A stretch of DNA of 64,000 nucleotides from a virus. The stretch lies in IMG/VR virus record IMGVR_UViG_3300024981_000252; one strand, written 5' to 3'. Every line of letters begins with the position of its first letter. Position 1 is the stretch's first letter. Of this stretch, positions 26,846 to 34,829 are shown piece by piece. The position numbers and the translations under genes were made by a program. The notes under the pieces are model-generated. The model was not told the origin of the DNA and did not search any database. It saw nothing but the letters and a program-made list of their open reading frames with translations.

Positions 26846-27196
26846 ATGGCAGAGCCTACGAGTACCGCGGCCGCACTAGGAGTGGCCGCCGCCGCGACGG
26901 GATTGGCGACAGTCCTGCCTGGCGTGGATGGCAACGCATTGATAGGCGCGTTCGCCGGCGCGACCTTGGTCGCACTGCGAAGCACCGAGCCGCGCGTGCT
27001 GGCGCGACTGGCATACGCCGCCATCTCGTTTGTGGTCGGGTACATCGCCGTACCAGACATCAACCGGCTGACGCCGATCCATAGCAGCGCCGCCGCCGCG
27101 TTTCTGGCCGCCGCGACCGCCGTAGCCGTCGTTCAGATCGGCATCGAGAAATTTCGTGCCCTCGACATCGCGGCCATCTTCCGTAAGGGGGGCTGA
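26846..27196 (+). CDS. Putative holin (P2-like betaproteobacterial type)
   Basis: Three hydrophobic segments; LPGVDGNALIGAFAGA; RBS AGGAGG. Confidence 0.75.
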   Translation: MAEPTSTAAALGVAAAATGLATVLPGVDGNALIGAFAGATLVALRSTEPRVLARLAYAAISFVVGYIAVPDINRLTPIHSSAAAAFLAAATAVAVVQIGIEKFRALDIAAIFRKGG

Positions 27197-27197
27197 T

Positions 27198-27467
27198 ATG
27201 ACGTCCATCGTCGCACTGATCGTTATTGTCGCGAACGCGGCCACGGCGTTGCGGTTGCTGACGTACCAACGGGGGGAGGCCCGCTATCGGTGGTGGGCGA
27301 GTCTCGCCGCCTATGTGTTGATCGTCTGCACCGGAGGGGAGGCCCTTTCTGTCGCAGTCAACGGCACGCCCACTTCGATATGGCAGGCCGGCATGAGCGT
27401 CGTGCTGGCGTTTCTGGCCCACCGCGCCCGTGGCAACGTGGCACGCATCATCAGGGTGGCCCCATGA
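27198..27467 (+). CDS. Second holin/antiholin-like membrane protein
   Basis: Three TM segments; RLLTYQRGEARYR...ARGNVARI. Confidence 0.72.
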   Translation: MTSIVALIVIVANAATALRLLTYQRGEARYRWWASLAAYVLIVCTGGEALSVAVNGTPTSIWQAGMSVVLAFLAHRARGNVARIIRVAP

Positions 27468-27997
27468 GACCGATCGAATTCATCCGACGCGAGATCGACA
27501 AGGGGTTGTGCCTACTGCCTGACGCCATGGACTCGCGAGAGGCGGTGCTGATGCTCCTGGCGATCAGCGGGCAGGAGTCGAACTGGGAGCATCGCTGGCA
27601 GGTGGTCGACAAGAAGCAGCCAGGGCTCAAGGGGCCGGCGCGCAGTTTCTGGCAGGGAGAGAAGGGGGGCGGGATGGTGCACGGCGTGCGCACGCATCGC
27701 GCCTCCCGCGTGCTCGCTGCTGACCTGTACGCGCATTTCAGTGTGCCAGCGACCGACGAGGCGATCTGGATTGCCATCGAGACCAATGATGCACTGGCGG
27801 CCGCGCTGGCGCGCTTGCTGCTGTATACGGATCCCGCCCGACTGCCGGCGCTGGGTGACGAGGAGGACGCCTGGGAATACTACCTGCGCCTCTGGCTGCC
27901 CGGAGCGTGGACGAACGGCACGCTAGCCAAACGTGCCGAGTTGCGGCAGAAATGGGCGGGGTACTACGCCCAGGCCCTGTCCGAGGTGTCGCTATGA
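27464..27997 (+). CDS. Endolysin, lysozyme-like fold (177 aa)
   Basis: LLAISGQES...GPARSFWQGE catalytic-like pattern; follows the holins. Confidence 0.75.
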   Translation: MRPIEFIRREIDKGLCLLPDAMDSREAVLMLLAISGQESNWEHRWQVVDKKQPGLKGPARSFWQGEKGGGMVHGVRTHRASRVLAADLYAHFSVPATDEAIWIAIETNDALAAALARLLLYTDPARLPALGDEEDAWEYYLRLWLPGAWTNGTLAKRAELRQKWAGYYAQALSEVSL

Positions 27998-28374
27998 GCG
28001 CGCTATCTGCTGTTCTGCGGGGCGGGGAGGGCGGCCGTCTGTCGTTCTGGTGCCCAGGGTGCGGTGAGCCGCATGCGATCCAGGTGTGGGCCGGCCCGGG
28101 TCCGCGCTGGGGCTGGGATGGCAATGCCGAGCGCCCGACGTTCACGCCCAGCGTGCTGGTGACCACTGGACACCACGTCCAGGGGTATGCCGGCAGTGGA
28201 TGCTGGTGCGATTACAACCGCGAACATCCGCCCGAGCCCGGCGAGCGGGTGTTTACGTGCGGCGTCTGCCATTCGTTCGTACGAAACGGCCGGATCGAGT
28301 TTCTGAGCGACAGTACTCACGCTCTGGCCGGCCAGACGGTCGACCTGCCTCCGTGGCCGGAGGATCCGTCATGA
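27994..28374 (+). CDS. Cys/His-rich DUF6527-like protein (126 aa)
   Basis: FWCPGCGEPH...PTFTPSVL...CHSFVRNGRIEFLSDSTHALAG. Confidence 0.7.
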   Translation: MSALSAVLRGGEGGRLSFWCPGCGEPHAIQVWAGPGPRWGWDGNAERPTFTPSVLVTTGHHVQGYAGSGCWCDYNREHPPEPGERVFTCGVCHSFVRNGRIEFLSDSTHALAGQTVDLPPWPEDPS

Positions 28375-28889
28375 TGACGCCGACCAATCTGATCGTACCT
28401 TCGTGGCTGCGCTATGGGGCCGTGGCGGCGATTTCTGCCCTCGTGTCTGGTGCTGGAGCATGGCAGGTCCAGGAATGGCGCCTGGGGGCCAGAATCAGCG
28501 TCCAGGCCGCCGACATCGCGAAGGAACGCGAGGACCACGCAGTTGCTGCCCGCACGGCCGACGCAGATCAACGTTTAATCGAATTCAGCAGGATGGAGGT
28601 CAACGCCCATGTCACGTACCAAACCCAGCAGCGCCTGGACGCCGCAGCTGCTGCTCTGCGCGATCGCGAGTTCGCTATTGTCGGCCTGCGCAACGCCCTC
28701 GCCACCGCCGAGTCCCGTAGTCGTGCGACCAGCAGCGATCCCGCCCCCCCCACCGGTGCTGATGACCCCGCAACCCTACGAACAGTGGTCAGAGAGTGCG
28801 CAGCGGAATATTCAACGATGGTCGAAAATGCTGTCCTCGCCGGTGCCGCGGTGAGAGGCTTGCAAGAGTATACGGAGGCGATGCGCTGA
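28371..28889 (+). CDS. Inner-membrane spanin (Rz-like, 172 aa)
   Basis: N-terminal TM helix followed by a coiled coil. Confidence 0.75.
   Translation: MMTPTNLIVPSWLRYGAVAAISALVSGAGAWQVQEWRLGARISVQAADIAKEREDHAVAARTADADQRLIEFSRMEVNAHVTYQTQQRLDAAAAALRDREFAIVGLRNALATAESRSRATSSDPAPPTGADDPATLRTVVRECAAEYSTMVENAVLAGAAVRGLQEYTEAMR
28609..28854 (+). CDS. Outer-membrane spanin lipoprotein (Rz1-like), nested in Rz
   Basis: Lipobox LLSA-C; Pro-rich mature part; alternate frame fully inside the i-spanin gene. Confidence 0.8.
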   Translation: MSRTKPSSAWTPQLLLCAIASSLLSACATPSPPPSPVVVRPAAIPPPPPVLMTPQPYEQWSESAQRNIQRWSKMLSSPVPR

Positions 28890-28937
28890 CCGTCGCCCTG
28901 ACGAAGCGGCATCGCGATCATTCTTTGACTTGCCGGG

Positions 28938-30728
28938 CTATTGGAGAGGGCTTTCTTTGATTTTCTTAAGCAGGTTCAGAAATTCTATCGGAATGAGATC
29001 GACCGTATCGTGTAGGCCAATTAGTTTGTCTTCGTCGATTGGCTTGGGTCGAAAAAAAGCTTGACACTGTTCTTTGTATTCGTGGTCGTCAGTGTTGAGG
29101 AACCAATTCGGATACAGCACTTTTTTTCCATTGCAAAATTCAACTGATGTTCGTTCATCAGAAGCGGCGAGGTTGAGCTTCTCCCGCATGCTTTCCCACA
29201 TCTTATCGACAATACCCTGCAGCGACTCTTGGGCCTCGTCTCGCAACTCTGCCAGCCGTGTGGGGCGTGTCTTCACCGAAGGCACGGAAGGCGCCTTTCC
29301 TAAAAGGTAAAGATAGGCCCAAAGAAGTATCGGGTCATAGAGATAGTTCTCCATGCCGTCTCTTAGTAAATAATGAAAGCCATCTTCTGAATCGTGATCT
29401 CGTCCGTCCCGATCAAGAACTGCATGGAAGCGGCGATAGTGAGCCTTACGCAACCCACCCACAACGGTTTTCGTTGTCTCGCATCCGGCCCCATGCAAAA
29501 AAAGGATGGAAGGGGTGGGCGAAAGTGGGAGGGAGTACTTCTGAGCTCTAGATAAGCGTTCAGCAATGTTCTCGTATAGTTTCCGGTCGCTTCGACCCTC
29601 CAATAGGACGATCCTCATGTCGTCATCCACGGTAAGGAAGCCGCTGGTGAGCATCGCAATTGCGTCGCCCTTGTTCAATACTTTCTCGACCGGGGGCGAC
29701 TCTGGTGTGTGTGCAGGGGAGGCCATTACGAAGAGGGAGTCGCTTGGCGCGAGTGCGACAGTGGATGGGGAGTGGGTTGTCATTACAACCCGTATTCCAA
29801 GCTCTCCAATGAACCGTTGTTGGAGAACGTTAAGAAATGACCGCGTCAAAGACGGGTGGAGATGTGCGTCCGGTTCGTCGAGGATCAATAGGCGGCCGGG
29901 AACATCCCGTTCGGTAGAAACGTGCTCCCAAATGCTCATCGCGAATATAACTTTTTCCCCCGACGAGAAACGCTCGAAGGGAACTACAACGTTAGAGTGG
30001 ATGTGTCTAAGTTGGAGAACATAGTTTCCTTCGCGGCGCACAAAGCTATAAATTTTGACTGTAGGTGGAACTACCTCGTATGGAATGGCTGCTGCTTCTA
30101 AGACTCTGTTCAAGCTATGCCAAGGGGGTTCGCCTAGAAATTGCTCGGCTTGCAGCTCTGTCTCATGGAATCTGTGCATGCGAAAACGCTTGAGGTTCTC
30201 ATACAAAAAGTACATGAGCGGCAGGTTCTGCTTGCAAAATGTCGGTAGACAAGCCAAGACTGCAGCCGAGATGCCCTCGGGTAAGTCGTCCTCCGCGAGA
30301 TCGAAATAGGTGTCTAGGCTTATGCCATTTTGCTTGCAAAAGGCGTTGGCGAATTCCTCGAATTGAGCGCCCTGCCCATCATCTCCCCGAAGCTTAAGGT
30401 CGGCGAAAAGCATCGATAGTTGGTCGAGATCGCAAGAGGGGGCTATGACTGCCCCAGTCCAATCCGAAAGGAGATGCAAGGCGGATTGACTGTATTGACT
30501 CGGGTCGCCGCGAAACTCTATCCCAAGGCTTCGTGCATCATGATCGTTCTTGGCCGCTTGGATGCGTCCGCCTGCTTCTATTCGTACGGCGCTCGAACCG
30601 ATAGCGAAGGTCTCGAGAAGTTGGGTTTTTCCGGTGCCATTGGGGCCTGTTATCACCGTGAAAGGCGGTATGTCTTTCCACACGAATGGGGTGAGTGAGC
30701 GGTACTGGTCCGTGAGCCTTAATTCCAT
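28938..30728 (-). CDS. ABC-type ATPase fused to a TOPRIM-like nuclease domain (OLD/PARIS-like defence candidate, 596 aa)
   Basis: Walker A GPNGTGKT, signature FSSGEK, Walker B LILDEPDAHLHP, H-loop TTHSP; TOPRIM LLEGRSD and VLDRD; ~50% GC by eye; counter-oriented. Confidence 0.85.
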   Translation of the reverse strand: MELRLTDQYRSLTPFVWKDIPPFTVITGPNGTGKTQLLETFAIGSSAVRIEAGGRIQAAKNDHDARSLGIEFRGDPSQYSQSALHLLSDWTGAVIAPSCDLDQLSMLFADLKLRGDDGQGAQFEEFANAFCKQNGISLDTYFDLAEDDLPEGISAAVLACLPTFCKQNLPLMYFLYENLKRFRMHRFHETELQAEQFLGEPPWHSLNRVLEAAAIPYEVVPPTVKIYSFVRREGNYVLQLRHIHSNVVVPFERFSSGEKVIFAMSIWEHVSTERDVPGRLLILDEPDAHLHPSLTRSFLNVLQQRFIGELGIRVVMTTHSPSTVALAPSDSLFVMASPAHTPESPPVEKVLNKGDAIAMLTSGFLTVDDDMRIVLLEGRSDRKLYENIAERLSRAQKYSLPLSPTPSILFLHGAGCETTKTVVGGLRKAHYRRFHAVLDRDGRDHDSEDGFHYLLRDGMENYLYDPILLWAYLYLLGKAPSVPSVKTRPTRLAELRDEAQESLQGIVDKMWESMREKLNLAASDERTSVEFCNGKKVLYPNWFLNTDDHEYKEQCQAFFRPKPIDEDKLIGLHDTVDLIPIEFLNLLKKIKESPLQ

Positions 30729-30804
30729 GTTTGCATCCGCGTTGGGTGGGGGTGTAATTTTTATACATGAAACAATGGCAAATTAGGAGATAGGCTGAGC
30801 GTCA

Positions 30805-31026
30805 TTACCTACGCTGTTTCCTTGCCCCGTCCTGGCCAATAGTCCATTGCACGCCCGGTTCGTTACGTAAAATATCGGTTGCCCGCGCGGCGTCTTCCCG
30901 AATTTGCCGCCCGGCTTCGATCCACCGCGCGACGTATTCAAGAAAGAGGACAATGCGGTATTGCAAGGAGAACAGGCGGCCCAGCTCGGCATCCAGCCGC
31001 GTGCAGACGTCTGTACAGCGTGACTT
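30805..31026 (-). pseudogene. Start-less ORF remnant beside attP
   Basis: 73 open codons with GC3-biased usage (RLDAELGRLFSLQYRIVLFLEYVARWIEAGRQIREDAARATDILR...), no ATG or RBS. Confidence 0.35.
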
Positions 31027-31028
31027 CT

Positions 31029-31309
31029 AGCGTAGCTTTTTATTTTTGTCTAGGAAAATACTGGGAGAACACGCCGATGCATCATCGGCGTGTGACCCGC
31101 GGAGTCGGTGCCTGGTTTCGCTAGGGAATTTCTTGGGGAGGCGCGTCTTGCCTCGCTTTCCTGATGATCGTTCGTCGTTTCTTGCGGCACGTTTGGACCC
31201 AATTACACCTATCTAAATCCATCAACACTTACGCCGTTGGCGTAGGTTTTTGTCCTTGTTCTGGACAAGCTACGCTGTCAGTAATAGCATGCCGGCACAA
31301 AGTTACGCC
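31029..31309. other. attP region with arm-type repeats
   Basis: 10-bp repeats AAGCTACGCT(rc) 31029, CACTTACGCC 31226, AACCTACGCC(rc) 31239, AAGCTACGCT 31267, AAGTTACGCC 31300; AT tract; immediately upstream of int. Confidence 0.65.
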
Positions 31310-31322
31310 GACTTGGATCGAC

Positions 31323-32603
31323 ATGCAATTTGACGCGCGCGCAGCGAAGCTTTTGCAGCCAGGGCAACACATTACCATCGACGCTCACCCTGGGCTGCGA
31401 CTGAAGGCAACTGCTACAAAGCGGACCTGGATCTATCGGTACAAAAGTCCGGTCGACGAGCGCATGCGCCAGATCAAGCTGGGGCAGTGGCCAGCGATGT
31501 CGTGGCATGCTGCAGTAGCGCAGTGGGAAGTGCAGCGCGCGAGGCGCGACGCCGGTGGCGATCCGGCGCTGGAGAAGAGACAGGCGCGCCAGGCTGTCAA
31601 GCTGGCCGTGGTCGACAAAGTCGGCGCGCTGACGGTGCGGCGAGTCTGTGACCTCTACCTCGAGGGGCATATAAGCCGTCGGGCGGAGAAGGGGCGGGGC
31701 GAGGTGGCCAGGTTGTTCAATACCATGCTCGATGGCATTGAGAACATGCTGGCCGTCGACGTCACTCGTACGGTGGCGTTTGCCCACATCAAGAAATACG
31801 ACGAGTCACCGGTGATTGCGAGCAACCTGCGGCGCGAGCTCGGGGCGGCCTGGGACTATTGTTTGGACTCGGGAGATCTGCTCGAAGACACGCCCAACTG
31901 GTGGCGCTTGATTCTGCGAGGGAAGCTCAAATCCAAGGGTAGAGCCAAGCTGGGAGTCAAGGCGGGGAAAAAGAAACGCGTGCTCAGCCCGGAGGAGGCG
32001 GGCCAGGTTATCCGATGGCTCCCGAATTTCTCCAACAATGTCGACGATATGTTGACGCTATACCTGTGGACTGCTGTGCGGGGCGCCGAGATCGAGAAGA
32101 TCGAGGGGAGGGAGGTTCAGGAGGAGGCGGACGGCCTCTGGTGGACAATCCCCAAACACAAAACCAAGAACGTCAATCGAGAAGAAGCCGATGATCACCG
32201 CGTTCCTTTGGTGGGGCGGGCGGCCATCGTAGTGCGCCGGCGGAAGGAGGCCTACGGCGATGGTTATCTATTCCCCTCGGACAGCAAATTCGGCTATTTC
32301 CCGCAGAAATCGGCCTCGGGATCGGTCTACTACCACATGCCGTACTGTCGGACCATGCCCGAGAGGGAGCGGGCGCGTTTGCCGGTGGAGAACTGGGCGC
32401 CGCACGACCTGCGGCGAACGTCCAGGACATTCCTGGCGGCGCTCGGCTGCCCGCGCGACGTGGGGGAGGTCATCCTCGGGCACATGCTCGAGGGCGACGA
32501 AGGCACGTACAACCGCTATACGTTCGATAAGGAACGTCTTCATTGGCTCACGCACCTGTCTGACTATCTGGAACAACTGGCGGTTCATCGACCTTCCGCT
32601 TAG
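31323..32603 (+). CDS. int: Tyrosine integrase with N-terminal arm-binding (DUF4102-like) domain (426 aa)
   Basis: GLRL...TWIYRYKS...QIKLG arm domain; catalytic R (TAVRGAE), HDLRRT, LGH, YNRY. Confidence 0.95.
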   Translation: MQFDARAAKLLQPGQHITIDAHPGLRLKATATKRTWIYRYKSPVDERMRQIKLGQWPAMSWHAAVAQWEVQRARRDAGGDPALEKRQARQAVKLAVVDKVGALTVRRVCDLYLEGHISRRAEKGRGEVARLFNTMLDGIENMLAVDVTRTVAFAHIKKYDESPVIASNLRRELGAAWDYCLDSGDLLEDTPNWWRLILRGKLKSKGRAKLGVKAGKKKRVLSPEEAGQVIRWLPNFSNNVDDMLTLYLWTAVRGAEIEKIEGREVQEEADGLWWTIPKHKTKNVNREEADDHRVPLVGRAAIVVRRRKEAYGDGYLFPSDSKFGYFPQKSASGSVYYHMPYCRTMPERERARLPVENWAPHDLRRTSRTFLAALGCPRDVGEVILGHMLEGDEGTYNRYTFDKERLHWLTHLSDYLEQLAVHRPSA

Positions 32604-32874
32604 GCTTCTTCGCCCCGGTGTTCGGCGGGGGAGGAAGGTTCGAAACGGGACGGTTCTCGGCCCACTCGATCACCTCCCTGAGAAGGAAGCCCACTCGCCG
32701 GCCGGATAGCTCTCGGGGGGCGGGGAATTTTCCCTCGACTACGAGGTTCTGTATCGTTGCGGGGGAAAGCGTGGTCAGCGCGGCGGCGGTCTCCAGCTCC
32801 AGGTAAAGGGGGGAAACTCGATCTGCGAGTGCCGCTGTGTGGTTGCGCCGGGGCGCGGATGCGGATTCACGCAT
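32548..32874 (-). CDS. AlpA-family excisionase/regulator (108 aa)
   Basis: LSPATIQNLVVEGKFPAPRELSGRRVGFLLREVIEWAENR; convergent on int. Confidence 0.85.
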   Translation of the reverse strand: MRESASAPRRNHTAALADRVSPLYLELETAAALTTLSPATIQNLVVEGKFPAPRELSGRRVGFLLREVIEWAENRPVSNLPPPPNTGAKKPKRKVDEPPVVPDSQTGA

Positions 32875-34342
32875 GGCGGTTACCCTGCGGGGAAGGGGCA
32901 GCCGGTGCTGGGTTCCAGAACCAGATAGCCCATTCGGCGTAGGCGCGCATCTGGTCAGCATTGAACGCATCGAACACGACATATGAGCCGTTCGGTAGCT
33001 GCTTCCGCGCTCGGGTGATAGGGTCGGGAAGCATTGGCAATTGCCCGGGCGGGGGCCCGGCCTGGTAGCAGTCGCCGAAATCACGGCGAACGGACGTTGT
33101 CGCCACGGGCAGCGACGGTACAGCCGGTGCCGCCGGTACCGCGACGCTCTGCCCCATGGCCCGCGCCATGTCGTCGGCCATGGCCTGGTAGTCCGTGGTG
33201 TCCCAAACCGCACCGATGCCGCCACACAGGCTACACCCGCTACCCAGGTGACATTTCATCGTGGCACTGTAGGGACCGGTGTCGTGCCCCTCGTTCAATT
33301 CGTGGCACCCCGAGCACGAGCGCCAGGAACCGCCGCCTTCGTTCAGTGTTTCCGTCACGCCGACCAACTCCAGCGGTACCGCCGCTTCGAAGGCGGCTTG
33401 CCCGGGCTTCTGGCGCCAGGCCCGGGCCACCAGAAACGGATCACGCGCTAATTCGGCGACAGTGTGAGCGCTGGTCTGCGGTGCCGGGGCGTTCTTGATG
33501 GACTCCAGCGCCCGCACCCAAGGGCTGTTGGCACTGGAGTGTTCCCCGATGTCCACATTGAGATGCTGGGCGATGGCGTCAGCCAGCTCGTCGGCTATGT
33601 CGTGATATTCGTCGCGTTCGCGGATCGTCTGATCCCACAGTGCGTCATCGGTCGGCCTGGGATGAGGTGACTGGGCGGTGAGCATAGCCCGCAATTGACG
33701 TTGGACGGCCTTGGCTTCTTCTACGCCCGCCAAGTCGTAGTCCGTGTCGCCACTCTCGCAGGCGCGCCACACGGCGGCATGATAAGCAGCGAGCAAGACA
33801 TCCAAATCCAGCAGTTGCCCGGACGTAGCCTTCAGCTCGTCCCGCGGTGCCTGGGCGGTACCGCGTCCTACGTAGAGCGGGATCGTTGCATTCCCGGCGC
33901 GGCATGCCAGCCCCATCCCGCCTGCGGGGAATGCGTTTGACCGATGCAACGCCATTGCATCCAGTGTTTCCTGACTAACCCAGAGAGCCGGCAACTCATC
34001 TGCGGCGCTTACAGGTTGCTGCGGTGCCTGGTTATCGCAGGGCCCGTCCGCCAGGCCGGCCTCGCAGCCTGCTATGAAGGGCGGATGACCGTTGTCTTCG
34101 ACCGGGCTTTCCGCCTGCCCGCTGGGAGCGCGGCTGGTCTTGTAGTTTGCGAGCCAGGGAATGTCCGCGTGCATCCGAACAGCCACGGCGCGATTGTGTC
34201 GTTCTCGGTCGGCCTGGATGGCGGCGCGCGCGTAGTCCTGCATCTGCCCCAGCTCCCAGACATCTCCCATCTCGTCGGCGTATTCCCCAATCTGCCCATA
34301 GGGTTCAGGCAGCGGTGGCAGCTGGATATTGTCACTCGCCAT
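32867..34342 (-). CDS. Modular (Ead/Ea22-like) early protein (491 aa)
   Basis: Short conserved-looking blocks joined by Ala/Pro linkers; CxxC...CxxC block; terminal modules similar to each other. Confidence 0.7.
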   Translation of the reverse strand: MASDNIQLPPLPEPYGQIGEYADEMGDVWELGQMQDYARAAIQADRERHNRAVAVRMHADIPWLANYKTSRAPSGQAESPVEDNGHPPFIAGCEAGLADGPCDNQAPQQPVSAADELPALWVSQETLDAMALHRSNAFPAGGMGLACRAGNATIPLYVGRGTAQAPRDELKATSGQLLDLDVLLAAYHAAVWRACESGDTDYDLAGVEEAKAVQRQLRAMLTAQSPHPRPTDDALWDQTIRERDEYHDIADELADAIAQHLNVDIGEHSSANSPWVRALESIKNAPAPQTSAHTVAELARDPFLVARAWRQKPGQAAFEAAVPLELVGVTETLNEGGGSWRSCSGCHELNEGHDTGPYSATMKCHLGSGCSLCGGIGAVWDTTDYQAMADDMARAMGQSVAVPAAPAVPSLPVATTSVRRDFGDCYQAGPPPGQLPMLPDPITRARKQLPNGSYVVFDAFNADQMRAYAEWAIWFWNPAPAAPSPQGNRHA

Positions 34343-34829
34343 GGCGCGCTCCCTCGGACAGCGGTTTTATGAAGGTCAGCCAATGGGTTTTCTCCCGCTT
34401 GCCGGACTTGTGGCCAAACAGGGGCTTCTCGTCCGTCAGCGCAAGGATCTGGCTCACGGGAATCTGCACTTCGGCCCACTTGAAGATGAGCAACCCGCCC
34501 GGGCGCAGGACGCGGAAGCACTCGGCCAGCCCCTGCGCTAGGTCATGCTCCCAGTCGTCGCCCAAGATGCCGTACTTGGCGCGCAGCCAGGAATCACGGC
34601 CAGCCCGGCGCAGGTGCGGCGGATCGAACGACACGGCGTAGAAGGTGTCGTCCGGAAATGGCATGGCCCGGAAATCCATGTTCAGATCGGGCGTGATGCT
34701 GAAGGCCCGGCCATCGCACAGGGTATGGTCTTCGCTGCGGATGTCGCCGAAAAGGGCGCGCTGGTCCTGACGGTCGAACCACATCATGCGGCCGCCGCAG
34801 CAGGGGTCGAGAATCAAGGGCGCGCTCAT
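34332..34829 (-). CDS. SAM-dependent amino-(N6A/N4C) DNA methyltransferase-like protein (165 aa)
   Basis: ILDPCCGGR SAM motif; FDPPH catalytic motif; ECFRVLRPGGLLIFKW. Confidence 0.85.
   Translation of the reverse strand: MSAPLILDPCCGGRMMWFDRQDQRALFGDIRSEDHTLCDGRAFSITPDLNMDFRAMPFPDDTFYAVSFDPPHLRRAGRDSWLRAKYGILGDDWEHDLAQGLAECFRVLRPGGLLIFKWAEVQIPVSQILALTDEKPLFGHKSGKREKTHWLTFIKPLSEGARHGE

Noticed and set aside
30913-30923. GGCTTCGATCC resembling a tRNA T-loop near attP
   Set aside because: Flanks do not form a T-stem or acceptor stem; no tRNA found in the window.
31164-31322. Longer integrase start given by the ORF track
   Set aside because: It overlaps the arm-type repeats; the recognisable arm-binding domain starts at ATG 31323.
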